DNA of 63,348 nt, from the IMG/VR virus record IMGVR_UViG_3300035688_000005, positions 1 to 63,348 of that record; one strand, given 5' to 3'. Of this stretch, positions 1-9,039 are shown piece by piece (the first letter of the stretch is position 1; each line of letters begins with the position of its first letter). The notes beneath the pieces were generated by a model that was not told the DNA's origin, made no database searches, and worked only from the letters and a program-made list of their open reading frames with translations. The DNA comes from a virus. Lineage: Duplodnaviria; Caudoviricetes. The position numbers were made by a program, and so were the translations under genes.

Positions 1-501
1 GTTTCTGGTTCTTCTTATAAACAAGGAAAACAAGTCCTTCTCGAACCAAGTGCTAATCGCTTCAAAGGTCTTAGGATATTTGCCCCAGCTTTTATACGCT
101 AACTTATCTTGAGCATAAGTCGCAAAAGGTATCCAAAGATGCGTTTCTAACTTGTAAGGATTGTGCTGTAACTTTGGTCCGATTAGTTCCCCAAACCACT
201 GCCCGTCTTGTAATTCGCAATATCCTCTCTCGTAAGATTCTAAAATCCCTTCTATGATAAACTTCTTGCCCTTGTTGAAAAAAGGTAATCTTTCTGTCCT
301 GTTCCAGACGCTTGTTATCACTCCATTCTCAATTACTATGCTCACATTCGTCCCGTCTAATTTTTCTAAACATAAAACAGCCGGGTCATTAAAAACCCAC
401 TCGTAACCTTCAGCAATTTGAGGTATCACTACATAATCTCCATTAATAAGTTTCCTTACGAATGGACTTTCTAATTTAGGCATATCATTTATTTTTATCA
501 T
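1..501 (-). CDS. ATP-dependent nucleic acid ligase, probably RNA ligase (runs off left edge)
   Basis: Not in ORF track. Manual translation M(IKIND)MPKLESPFVRK...LEKLDGTNV...WNR...WFGELIGPKLQHNPY shows nucleotidyltransferase motif I (KxDG) and a motif III-like GE; no stop before position 1. Confidence 0.7.
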   Translation of the reverse strand, partial: MIKINDMPKLESPFVRKLINGDYVVIPQIAEGYEWVFNDPAVLCLEKLDGTNVSIVIENGVITSVWNRTERLPFFNKGKKFIIEGILESYERGYCELQDGQWFGELIGPKLQHNPYKLETHLWIPFATYAQDKLAYKSWGKYPKTFEAISTWFEKDLFSLFIRRTRN

Positions 502-680
502 CACATCACAATAATAAACAACAAAATAATAAAGAATGCTATAATAACTCTCAAAGGCAAACTAAAGTATGCTCCTATAACCCAGATAGCCCAAAGTAAG
601 ATAACAAACACCGCAATCACAAACAACACGAGTAATGCTATCACAATTAGTGCTGCTATAGCTTCTAAACAATCGCTCAT
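501..680 (-). CDS. small membrane protein (paralog of 4092..4265)
   Basis: GGAGG SD before MSDCLEAI; hydrophobic; shares W..W.IG.YFSLPL.VIIA with 4092..4265. Confidence 0.6.
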   Translation of the reverse strand: MSDCLEAIAALIVIALLVLFVIAVFVILLWAIWVIGAYFSLPLRVIIAFFIILLFIIVM

Positions 681-916
681 TTCAAATCCTCCTCGCTGAT
701 GTTGAAAAACTGAATCAAAATATGAGCTTGAGCAGCAGCACACTGTTCTTCGTGTGAATCGGGTTTGGATTTCTTTGCTTCTTCAAACAACCATTTTATC
801 CATTTGATTGCTTCCTGTCGTAAAAGGTTCTGTATTTTTTCTTCATCTATCGCTGGAATAGTATTATACATACACTCCTCAAAGTCCAAATCCTTCAAAG
901 TTTTCAACTCTGTCAT
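677..916 (-). CDS. hypothetical protein
   Basis: ORF track; ELKTLKD...LRQEAIKWIK...FFNISEEDL; overlaps neighbour by 4 nt. Confidence 0.6.
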   Translation of the reverse strand: MTELKTLKDLDFEECMYNTIPAIDEEKIQNLLRQEAIKWIKWLFEEAKKSKPDSHEEQCAAAQAHILIQFFNISEEDLK

Positions 917-928
917 TTCAAATCTTCC

Positions 929-1600
929 TCACGTTTCTATTTCTGGGTTGTATGCTTCTTCTGTTAATCCAAATGTCCAAGCTATTGCCTGTTTACAAGT
1001 TTTCATATCATTAGGAACTTCCAATATAAATTCCCTACTTGTGCTGCAATCTTTGACTTTGATGTATGTCAGTTCGCCAAATTTTAATAATTCCGAATCT
1101 CCGTCCTTGTGTATAGACTCTCCTTTATGAGCTTTCTTTATCTTTTCGAATCCTATCTCTTTTATCATAGTGCTCCGAATTTCTGCATTCCTAACTTCGA
1201 ATACCTTTTTTATGTCCTTGTCTATCAAGACCAAAAAATCTTTTAGATTTCTTAATCCTTCATCTTCCCAATCTTGGTCAAAATTCTTCCATTCTTCTTC
1301 TCTTAAGGGAAATTCTTTCCAAGTTGATGTTTTATAAGTTTTATCTCCATAGTCTTCCTGCGACCAGGAAGACGTGCAACTACAACCGCTATCGAATCCC
1401 CAAATTATATTTCCCTCTTTTGTAACCCCAAATCTTTCTTCATCATAATCGTAACTTGCTTCCACGCTTGGCTTCTGTCGGTCTATGAACCAAACAACTA
1501 CAAATTTCTTTCCATCCGTCTCAACCCAGAACCGTTCTGGTATTTTATCAAGATTCTTCAGTAACTTTTCCATAGCTTCTTTGAACTCAGTCTTTAACAT
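929..1600 (-). CDS. DUF6745-like protein
   Basis: C-terminal NAEIR...IG...VKDCST.REF.L.VP.....CKQAIAWTFG pattern; adjacent to an RQGD protein. Confidence 0.55.
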   Translation of the reverse strand: MLKTEFKEAMEKLLKNLDKIPERFWVETDGKKFVVVWFIDRQKPSVEASYDYDEERFGVTKEGNIIWGFDSGCSCTSSWSQEDYGDKTYKTSTWKEFPLREEEWKNFDQDWEDEGLRNLKDFLVLIDKDIKKVFEVRNAEIRSTMIKEIGFEKIKKAHKGESIHKDGDSELLKFGELTYIKVKDCSTSREFILEVPNDMKTCKQAIAWTFGLTEEAYNPEIET

Positions 1601-1886
1601 AATCTTTCACCTCTCTTTGTCTTACCACACGATAAAGTCCTTTCGGCAAGATTATTGGCTTATGTTCATTATGCACTATCGCTGTCTCGCCATTTGATTC
1701 AACACAGGCCTCAGAAAATTGTTCAAACCCACCATAAAGTATTCCATTCTTTACCTCGTGCTTGTTCCCAGTCACACTACTACATATTATTATTTTTTCT
1801 TTGTTTTCTTTAAGATAAGCATTTCTACTATTTATTTCAACGAACAATAAGTCTCCCTGCCTAAACATTCTCGCAATTTTTGTCAT
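1587..1886 (-). CDS. RQGD-motif protein (usual partner of DUF6745-like genes)
   Basis: RQGDL...TGNKH...HNEHKPI.LPKGLY.V.RQRE. Confidence 0.55.
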   Translation of the reverse strand: MTKIARMFRQGDLLFVEINSRNAYLKENKEKIIICSSVTGNKHEVKNGILYGGFEQFSEACVESNGETAIVHNEHKPIILPKGLYRVVRQREVKDYVKD

Positions 1887-2212
1887 ACCATCACGTCCAC
1901 TTTAACTACGCAACCATCTTTCATAATCGTATACCATCCTTCTTTGTATCTCAGTTCTTCTGGGTTTCCTATTTGACTCAACCACCAATCCTGCTGTTTC
2001 TTTGACAATTCATTCCATTTCTTACAACCTTCTTTCCTAAACCATCTTTCGTTTATATTAGTTGTCTTTTTCATTTCTTTCATCCTCGCACAAATAAGCG
2101 GCGCAAAAAATAAGTTGACAAAAAATGCTTTGATTCTGTTTTTTAAGTTTCTTTTGACCATTATCAAAATAGGTATTTCTTGCTCTTTCACTGCATTCCA
2201 ACTTTTTGCCAT
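1883..2212 (-). CDS. hypothetical protein
   Basis: ORF track, GGAGG SD. Confidence 0.5.
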   Translation of the reverse strand: MAKSWNAVKEQEIPILIMVKRNLKNRIKAFFVNLFFAPLICARMKEMKKTTNINERWFRKEGCKKWNELSKKQQDWWLSQIGNPEELRYKEGWYTIMKDGCVVKVDVMV

Positions 2213-2233
2213 TTATTCTCCTCCATTTTCATA

Positions 2234-2308
2234 TAACGGAGAGCGGATTTGAACCGCAAACCTCAAGGTTATGAGCCTTGCGAGCTACCCCGATTACTCC
2301 ACTCCGCT
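2234..2308 (-). tRNA. tRNA-Met(CAT), initiator-like
   Basis: AGCGGAG/CTCCGTT acceptor with A1-U72 as in archaeal initiators; anticodon arm CAAGG-CTCATAA-CCTTG; T-loop TTCAAAT; no encoded CCA. Confidence 0.9.
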
Positions 2309-2334
2309 ACTTTTGTTTTAATTCTTTTCTTCTT

Positions 2335-2616
2335 TCATTCAATAACTTTTGGCTTTAAGATAGACCCTATCCTTTCTCCGAGATTTATTTGAACCGTAAC
2401 TAGATTTTCCTTCCATTTGACATCGGGAAACGTTTCTTTTAATTTGTTTACTTCTTCTGGTCTTACTACAAATATGCCTTTTATCTCGTAGGTTAATTCC
2501 TCTCCTGTTCTTGAATTCACGAATACTATCTCTTCCAATTGCCTGAATTCTTCTTTCTTTTCTCCGTCTAATATTTCCTTGAAATAATGCGGAAAGATTT
2601 TCGCTATCAGTCTCAT
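2335..2616 (-). CDS. ASCH/PUA-like domain protein
   Basis: KIFPHYFKEILDGEKKEEFR matches the ASCH GxKxxExR motif. Confidence 0.65.
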   Translation of the reverse strand: MRLIAKIFPHYFKEILDGEKKEEFRQLEEIVFVNSRTGEELTYEIKGIFVVRPEEVNKLKETFPDVKWKENLVTVQINLGERIGSILKPKVIE

Positions 2617-2754
2617 ACTTCACCCCCTTATTCTATTCTTAAGTTTCCGCCACACTTTGGACATTTGCTCTCGAGCATCCCTTCCAAATCCGCAATAGCT
2701 TCGGCTTCAGTTTTGTCTTCTGGTCTGATAGGACTCGGAAGCTCTCCGCAATTC

Positions 2755-3012
2755 TCACAAATTAGTTTTGCCATTCAAATCCTCCTTTTTCACTTCAACT
2801 GGTGCTTGTTCTTTCTTTTCTCTCTCGGCATATCCGATTAGGTCTCCTAAAATCTGGATTCTTCCGAACAGTTCTTCCCTGTCGTTTATCTGAAGCACTG
2901 GAAAGCCAAATAATTGAGCCTGAAATGGCACTTTCATAGTCACTATCAATTCCGAATAGCTCCTAATCAGAGCTTCTATTAGTTTCTTTCCTTCCTCTGT
3001 TAATATTGGCAT
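2755..3012 (-). CDS. hypothetical protein
   Basis: ORF track, GGAGGTGA SD. Confidence 0.55.
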   Translation of the reverse strand: MPILTEEGKKLIEALIRSYSELIVTMKVPFQAQLFGFPVLQINDREELFGRIQILGDLIGYAEREKKEQAPVEVKKEDLNGKTNL

Positions 3013-3342
3013 CTACTTCACCTCCTTCTTTTTCAATAATTTCAAACAGTCATAGATACCAAGAATGTAAATTGCGATTGATTCGTTGACATTATAGAGA
3101 AGTTTATCCAAATTTTTATATCTTCTCATATCAACATCGCCATCGGATATTATATGTTTTTTACATTCTTCGTCACATCTTTTCTCAGCTTCTTCTTCTG
3201 AAATTTTACCTTTATTCTTTAAATCTGTAAGCTTTCTATCAAATGAATAATATTTATCACACCACAAATCGTTATCTATGATTTTTAAAGTTCCTCCGCA
3301 TTTACAAGTCAATATTTTTTTAATTTCTTTTGGCAGTTTCAC
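3013..3342 (-). CDS. hypothetical protein
   Basis: ORF track, GGAGGTGA SD, CxC motif. Confidence 0.55.
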   Translation of the reverse strand: MKLPKEIKKILTCKCGGTLKIIDNDLWCDKYYSFDRKLTDLKNKGKISEEEAEKRCDEECKKHIISDGDVDMRRYKNLDKLLYNVNESIAIYILGIYDCLKLLKKKEVK

Positions 3343-3370
3343 TTACTCACCTCCATTTTCAAATACTCTC

Positions 3371-3784
3371 TTACAGCATTCCGTATTTTTCTGCATCTTC
3401 TTCGGCATCATACCTAGCTTGCTGAATACGTGCGTGAAAAGTTTCAAAACTGAAAGGATATTTTAGCTCTTTCCATATTCCTCTCCACGTTTTTTCTGGA
3501 TTTTTGGATTTCATATCTATAGCCTTTTGTATCATCTTCTTCCTTTTTACTGACCAATCTTCAGTATACGCATATAACCTCCACCACTTTCTGTCTCTTT
3601 TACTGACTTGTGTCTTTTTTAAATAATTTTCCATAGCTCTTTGCCAAGTTTTTTTTATCTGCTCTTTTGTTTTTTTCTTCTTTTTTCTAATAAGTAGTTC
3701 TTCTTTTTTCAGTAAATATAATTTTCTATCTAATACTTTAATCATTTTTTTGCATTTACTACTTGGCATAAATCCAAACTTCAT
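3371..3784 (-). CDS. hypothetical basic protein
   Basis: ORF track, ATGA overlap with upstream gene. Confidence 0.55.
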   Translation of the reverse strand: MKFGFMPSSKCKKMIKVLDRKLYLLKKEELLIRKKKKKTKEQIKKTWQRAMENYLKKTQVSKRDRKWWRLYAYTEDWSVKRKKMIQKAIDMKSKNPEKTWRGIWKELKYPFSFETFHARIQQARYDAEEDAEKYGML

Positions 3785-4095
3785 TTTCCCTCCTCCTTTT
3801 TTCTCTTAAAATACAACTCATAACAATCGTGCGAGCAACAAGCCAACCAAGTAGTCCCTGCTATTGCTCTTACCAACATCATCGTCTTACAAATCGGACA
3901 AGGTTTTTTATACTCAATTAAAGGACACGCTTCCCAAGATTTTATCTTCTCGTTGAATACCATAATTACGGGATATTCTTTAAACATATCTGGTCTTGTT
4001 GCTGGGGCTACCAAACTCACGGTTATTTTCTTATCTTTCTCTATCTTCCACTCTTTGCACGGAATACAATTTACTTCTACTGTTTTTTCTTTCAT
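3781..4095 (-). CDS. hypothetical Cys-rich protein
   Basis: CPIC...CCSHDC putative Zn finger. Confidence 0.55.
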   Translation of the reverse strand: MKEKTVEVNCIPCKEWKIEKDKKITVSLVAPATRPDMFKEYPVIMVFNEKIKSWEACPLIEYKKPCPICKTMMLVRAIAGTTWLACCSHDCYELYFKRKKEEGK

Positions 4096-4265
4096 TTCAA
4101 CACCACTATAATAAAAATTGCTATTATGACTGCTAAAGGCAGACTAAAGTATACTCCGATAGTCCAAACAGCCCACCATAAGAGAACAAATATTCCGATT
4201 ACAAAAAGTATGATTAACAATATTAAAAAAATTGCTCCTATAAATTCTAACAAACTGCAACTCAT
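4092..4265 (-). CDS. small membrane protein (paralog of 501..680)
   Basis: AGGTGA SD before MSCSLL; hydrophobic. Confidence 0.6.
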   Translation of the reverse strand: MSCSLLEFIGAIFLILLIILFVIGIFVLLWWAVWTIGVYFSLPLAVIIAIFIIVVLK

Positions 4266-4267
4266 TT

Positions 4268-4927
4268 TCAGTTCACCTTCGGAAATTCTTGAATCTTTTC
4301 TGACCATTTTAAATTATTTTTTAAAAATAGAGGTATCCCTCTTGCCCTTGCCTCTCTTATTATATACTCAACCCATTCTTTTTCAAGCTTAACTTTTTTG
4401 CTTCCTGTCAATTTTCCTATGATTATCCAACTGATTTTATCCAAATATCCATCGTTTACGAACCATACTGGACCTAACAAAGGTTCAAAGCTCAAGAATT
4501 TTAATCCACTATAATTATTCACAAGAGAATACATCTTATCCAGCTCATTCTCATTCGTAATAGTTGCTCCAATCCAAACATTCTTTGGCAGTTGTAGATT
4601 TTTATTTTTTGGGATATAAACTGGGTCTTTTGTCAGCAGTTGAAAAGTGAGATGTGAATATTCGGGCTTCTTTATCTCATTCAAAACAGCGTCTCTCCAC
4701 TCTGATTTTGTCCATTTTGCGAATATGTCAGCCACTGAGCAAACAAAGACTTTCGCTGGCTTTTTCAATTTTTTTAATTCTGATAGTCTTTCTGGGTGAA
4801 ATTGTGGCTCAAAACTCCTATGAAATCTTGTAAACAATTTCTTCGCATAACAATACCAGCAATTATGCAAACAGCCAGTTATGGGATTCCAAGAATAATT
4901 TGTCCATTCAATATTTGTTTTATTCAT
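4268..4927 (-). CDS. phage Gp37/Gp68 (DUF5131) radical-SAM-like protein
   Basis: TNIEWT..SWNPITGC...C.YCYA, FVCSVADIF, FQLLTK, FLSFEPLLG. Confidence 0.85.
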   Translation of the reverse strand: MNKTNIEWTNYSWNPITGCLHNCWYCYAKKLFTRFHRSFEPQFHPERLSELKKLKKPAKVFVCSVADIFAKWTKSEWRDAVLNEIKKPEYSHLTFQLLTKDPVYIPKNKNLQLPKNVWIGATITNENELDKMYSLVNNYSGLKFLSFEPLLGPVWFVNDGYLDKISWIIIGKLTGSKKVKLEKEWVEYIIREARARGIPLFLKNNLKWSEKIQEFPKVN

Positions 4928-5106
4928 CTTTTCACTTTCCTCAAATAGTCTTTATGGAATGTAGCTAGTCCTTTTCCTGTATCTATGATTACTGTGTCTT
5001 GTCCTTCTATTTCTTCGTGTCCAAATCCCACTACTTTTCCTTTTAGTCCTTTGTATGATTTAAGTTTTTTATTTACTTCAACTGGATTTCCTATTTTGAA
5101 TTTCAT
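4924..5106 (-). CDS. KOW/SH3-like small protein
   Basis: KFKIGNPVEV...YKGLKGKVVG. Confidence 0.5.
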   Translation of the reverse strand: MKFKIGNPVEVNKKLKSYKGLKGKVVGFGHEEIEGQDTVIIDTGKGLATFHKDYLRKVKR

Positions 5107-5117
5107 TTTTACTCCTC

Positions 5118-5357
5118 CTAATCATCTCCACAAACGCAACAAGCTCCGCAGTAATTAAACCTTCTCATCGCCCTGCATTTTTTACAATACTTAAATCCCA
5201 TTATCTTTTCAAAGTCTTTTTTATTTCCTATGAATTGCTTGTCTTCTATCTCTCTGATTAATTCTAATGCGTGAAGTAGGCTATGTGGCGTGTTCGCTGA
5301 TATAAGTCCTTCTATCATTCCCAACTGACACCCAGAAATCCAATAACGACCACCCAT
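5118..5357 (-). CDS. hypothetical Zn-binding protein
   Basis: CKKC...CGACCVC. Confidence 0.5.
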   Translation of the reverse strand: MGGRYWISGCQLGMIEGLISANTPHSLLHALELIREIEDKQFIGNKKDFEKIMGFKYCKKCRAMRRFNYCGACCVCGDD

Positions 5358-5358
5358 A

Positions 5359-6081
5359 TTAAATCATCTCTCCAATATAAATATCGTTAATTACGTCTAT
5401 TATAATTTCGTCTGAATCTTCTTCCCATACAACAATACATCTCCAACCATATTTTGCGTAGTGCTCTATTTGTCTTCTTTCGTATTCCTCTGGAGAACAT
5501 TTGCTCCAGATTGGACACATAATCTTTGGTCTGATTTCTATACAAATTTTCTTGTCATAATGAATAAAATCAGGATTCTTGAAACCAATAATAATTTGAC
5601 CATCGCCAACATATCTGTAAGGCAGATTAGCTGTATGAATTAAATCAATCATTCTTTTTTCTAAAGACGTTGGTCTTTTAAACAAACCTTTTAACCTCTT
5701 CTCCAACATCGTATTATTTAATATTTTTGCTCTATTTTCAGGTTTTCTCCACCATTCAATATGCTTCAGCCGATTTATCTCTTTAGTCTTTTCTGTATGT
5801 CTTTTCCCATAAAAAGGATTTAATTTGCCAGGCAATCCTTTCTTCTTATTAATTTCTTGGGGATATTTTCTTCCTTTATTTGCTAAACTAATTTTTCCTT
5901 TAGCCGTTTCTGATACTCTCATCCCTAAGTGTGCTTTACTAATCTTAGTTTTATGGTTTTCTGTTAATTTTTTATTTCTATTCCCAAAATTAAGATTATT
6001 TACGGCAGAATTTTTTATATTCTTACCGTATTTCCTAATCCGTTCATCTGTTTCTTTAGTCAATCCTTTATTCCATACCAT
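5359..6081 (-). CDS. homing endonuclease: NUMOD3-type repeats + Vsr/DUF559-like PD-(D/E)XK domain
   Basis: WNKGLTKETDER, NPFYGKRHTE, PTSLE...YVGDG...NPDF...IEI...GW..IVVWE; start refined to ATG 6081 after AGGTAG SD. Confidence 0.75.
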   Translation of the reverse strand: MVWNKGLTKETDERIRKYGKNIKNSAVNNLNFGNRNKKLTENHKTKISKAHLGMRVSETAKGKISLANKGRKYPQEINKKKGLPGKLNPFYGKRHTEKTKEINRLKHIEWWRKPENRAKILNNTMLEKRLKGLFKRPTSLEKRMIDLIHTANLPYRYVGDGQIIIGFKNPDFIHYDKKICIEIRPKIMCPIWSKCSPEEYERRQIEHYAKYGWRCIVVWEEDSDEIIIDVINDIYIGEMI

Positions 6082-6124
6082 TTTAACTACCTTTCGGTTA
6101 TCCTCCGATGTTCTCACCTTAAAT

Positions 6125-6228
6125 CTGGCGGCGACCTTGCCATATCTCTCAGAGTAGTGATTCTCTTACCAGATTCTGACAACCCCTATATCCTTGCGGA
6201 TATAGTCATCGTGGGATTTTTGGTCGCT
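6125..6228 (-). ncRNA. 104-nt BHB-flanked intergenic element (putative excised circular RNA)
   Basis: GGCG-AGA-GCGACC ... GGTCGC-CGCC-AGA: 4-bp central helix with a 3-nt bulge 3' of it on each strand; internal TATATCC-GCAA-GGATATA hairpin. Confidence 0.65.
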
Positions 6229-6234
6229 CTCGCC

Positions 6235-6570
6235 TTATTCTCTTCCTGTTTTTTCTTTTATTAGTCTGTTTGCCTCTTGCTTTGTTACATTTGGCGGATA
6301 CATTATGCCTAGCTTTTGCATAAATTTTATCTGCTTGTCGGTAGCTGCATTTTGAGTCGTTGGTCCTTTCGGTAATGCACTTGTTTCTCCGTTTCCTTTC
6401 ATATCTGCAACTCTCCTATCTTTGTCCGCACTGATGCTCTCTGTTCTTTTGTCTTTTGCTACTTCTGAAATTAAACCTAAAGCTATAGTCTCTCTGTTCT
6501 GAAGATTTCTTTCGGCGAGTTTTTTCATCAATTGCTCGAAAGTATCAATATACCAATTTATGTCCGTAAT
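6235..6570 (-). CDS. hypothetical protein with ATDKQ motif, probable ATT start
   Basis: GGAGGTGAT followed by in-frame ATT ACG GAC (6570); C-terminal ATDKQ..F..KLG...TK.EA..LI. Confidence 0.6.
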   Translation of the reverse strand: MTDINWYIDTFEQLMKKLAERNLQNRETIALGLISEVAKDKRTESISADKDRRVADMKGNGETSALPKGPTTQNAATDKQIKFMQKLGIMYPPNVTKQEANRLIKEKTGRE

Positions 6571-6839
6571 ATCACCTCCTTTTATGAAACAGTTTCCCCA
6601 ATATGTTTCCGCAACCGATACACTCTATTATCTGTATGCACTCTGTTTTTTCGCACAGGTAGGCGAACGTGTCTTTTATCTCCACCCACTTGTTGCAGTT
6701 GCCGCACCAAAACTCTACCTTGTCTATCCCTCTCAATTTACCACCTACAATTCATTCCAAATTTCATCAAGGTAGCAATCAATTGTATACTTTGCGAGTG
6801 CCTTGTGTAAAGCCAATTTAGTTACCTTTTTTACTTCCA

Positions 6840-7598
6840 TTAATTTATCACCCACGTTTTGTTCTCTTTAATCGGAAATTTCTTTAACATCCACTCCATT
6901 CTTTTTTCGAACCTGAGGTTATGTCCTTCGTGTATCTCTGCCAAGTCGTCCAAGAAGTGTAAAGTTTCGTGCAGCAGGGTTTCTTTTACCCCGAGTAAAT
7001 TGCGATTCGGGTCCACGTATATCTCGTGGACCCCTTCTATAAAATGTCTTGTATACGCCCCCTTTTCGAATACGCTCCTTTTTTCAAAAATGAGTTTTGG
7101 CGCTCCTAACCCCCATCTTGACCTGCCCATATTTCCATATTTATCAACATATCTCGCCATACACCCTTTCGGTGCGCTCTGCGAATCCTTTGCCAGACTA
7201 ATCATCCACTCGTTTGCTCTTTTCAGCATAGTCGGTCTTTGTTTTGCTTTGTCTACGAGCTTCCATAGTCGTCTGGTCTCTGGACTTACTCTCAGGATTC
7301 TGCCCCCAGCGTCTCTTACCCTTAAACAATAACTTGCTTTAAAGCTTTCTATTTTTCTTATCGCCCTGGTATGTTTGCACTCTTTACCTGAATAATACTT
7401 CTGCCCCTTTCCCATAGATACATCGCACCGATTACACTTGGGTTCTCGGTCGTCTTTCTTCTTTCTCCAGATAGAACCGTGACAACAGGGACAATACCAG
7501 CTCCTGGTTTTCCGTTTACCATCAGACTCGGCTACGCATACTTCCGTAGCCAAGTCCCCGCAATTCGCCCCGCCGCTTGGGCCTTGATTCGTCTCCAT
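6840..7598 (-). CDS. SprT-like HEXXH zinc metalloprotease with Zn ribbon
   Basis: TLLHETLH...H..F; CPCC..CNRC; start refined to METNQ. Confidence 0.55.
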   Translation of the reverse strand: METNQGPSGGANCGDLATEVCVAESDGKRKTRSWYCPCCHGSIWRKKKDDREPKCNRCDVSMGKGQKYYSGKECKHTRAIRKIESFKASYCLRVRDAGGRILRVSPETRRLWKLVDKAKQRPTMLKRANEWMISLAKDSQSAPKGCMARYVDKYGNMGRSRWGLGAPKLIFEKRSVFEKGAYTRHFIEGVHEIYVDPNRNLLGVKETLLHETLHFLDDLAEIHEGHNLRFEKRMEWMLKKFPIKENKTWVIN

Positions 7599-7856
7599 TA
7601 TTTCTCGACCTTCCTTATCTTTATCTTGCTGCCCCTGCGTTCCGTTACTTCCCACTCGCCCTCTATGTTAGAAATTCTTTCCCCCTTTCTTGGCGGTTTC
7701 CCCGTGGTCGTGTCCCAGACTAGTTCTCTTTCCATTCCATCGCCTCCTCGTTTATCTATCATATCTATCCCGACGGTTATTATTTGTATTTTAGTATATT
7801 TAAACGTTTCTATACTGCAAAATGTATATTCTGGGAAATATATTTCTAAGTTAAAC

Positions 7857-8018
7857 TCACCAGATTTGGGTCTTTCTCGCAATCAGGGTCGGGAATTTTA
7901 GAACGGCCTCCCTTCCGCAGTCTGGGCATCTGTATCCCCACGTCCCGTCTTCAAGAACAAAACTAATCATAGGAATACTACAATTAGGACAAATCAAAGG
8001 TTCGATTTCGGCTTCCAT
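7857..8018 (-). CDS. Zn-ribbon protein (53 aa)
   Basis: Manual: MEAEIEPLICPNCSIPM...YRCPDCG; TTTAAATA promoter upstream. Confidence 0.55.
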   Translation of the reverse strand: MEAEIEPLICPNCSIPMISFVLEDGTWGYRCPDCGREAVLKFPTLIARKTQIW

Positions 8019-8266
8019 ATACTTAATTAGCATACTTTAGATATTTAAATATAATTGTCCAGTTCTTGTTCGGCTATTGTTATCCTATTTCCTTTTAGGA
8101 ATTTTTACAGAATTGAATCTAGCAATATTACTAATTCTACTTAACTCCCTAACGTCCATTCTCTCGAGAGCAGTCTCTCTCATTCTCATAATCTCATTCC
8201 TGGTCACCATAGGCATCACGAAGTTGAACATAGCCAAGAAATAGAACGAGAAAGTATATAAACCTA

Positions 8267-8340
8267 CGCCAGAGAGCAGACTCGAACTGCTGACCTTCTG
8301 ATTAACAGTCAGACGCTCTACCTGACTGAGCTACTCTGGC
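8267..8340 (-). tRNA. tRNA-Asn(GTT)
   Basis: GCCAGAG/CTCTGGC acceptor, G73, anticodon arm TCTGA-CTGTTAA-TCAGA, T-loop TTCGAGT. Confidence 0.93.
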
Positions 8341-8576
8341 CCAGATGTCTTGTAGTAGTTCGGGAACGTCTTGTATTTTTTAATCCTGCCCTCTTTCGCC
8401 AGTCCGTTCAGAATCTTCCTCACCACCTGTGGCGAGGCGATGCCCTTGAAGTCGCTGACATACCAGACGTCATACTTGTCCCCGACTATAATTTTCGTTT
8501 TGATTTTTCTTTCTATCAAATCCTTCCCCCGCTCGAATGGCGCCGTGTTCTCCTGGAGCCGCGTCACTTGTGCCAT
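8331..8576 (-). CDS. winged-helix DNA-binding protein
   Basis: SPQVVRKILNGLAKEGRIKK pattern; stop codon lies inside tRNA-Asn. Confidence 0.55.
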   Translation of the reverse strand: MAQVTRLQENTAPFERGKDLIERKIKTKIIVGDKYDVWYVSDFKGIASPQVVRKILNGLAKEGRIKKYKTFPNYYKTSGPE

Positions 8577-8785
8577 AAGACATACTTCCCAGCCGTCTCG
8601 TATTTTATCTTCCCCTCTTGGTGCATCTTATTAAGAATCCTCTTCACGGTGGCGAAGTGGATTTTGGAGAACATCTCCTTGGCCTGTTTCGTTATCGCTG
8701 CGGTCGTCTGTCGGTCCTCGGTGACCAGGTTCAGGATATATCCCTCCGCCTCCGCCCTATACTCGTATGCCCCCTGCGTTCTAAT
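8564..8785 (-). CDS. winged-helix DNA-binding protein, ATT start (not in ORF track)
   Basis: GGGTGG SD then ATT AGA ACG; IRTQGAYEY...TTAAIT...IHFATVKRILNKMHQEGKIKYETAGKYVLWHK. Confidence 0.65.
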   Translation of the reverse strand: MRTQGAYEYRAEAEGYILNLVTEDRQTTAAITKQAKEMFSKIHFATVKRILNKMHQEGKIKYETAGKYVLWHK

Positions 8786-9039
8786 ACAACCACCCAGCCC
8801 ATTATTTGTATTCCTGTATATTTAAACCTTTTTGCGGGTTACAAATAATATAAGTGTATGTATACGTCCGACAAAAACACTCTTATTATATTTATATAGT
8901 ATTATAACATTATAAATAATATACAATATAATAAATAATAAAGAATATTCTAATTAAATAAAAATTTGAATCGATACGAGAAAAAGAGAATTATTTTTAA
9001 TTGGGGCACAACATACGTTTATATTATTTATGATGTCAC

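Noticed and set aside
6125-6228. Hammerhead, HDV-like or hairpin ribozyme, or IscB-type omega RNA
   Set aside because: Catalytic consensus elements absent (no CUGANGA/GAAA core, no J4/2, no NGUC opposite AGAA); the adjacent nuclease lacks RuvC motifs
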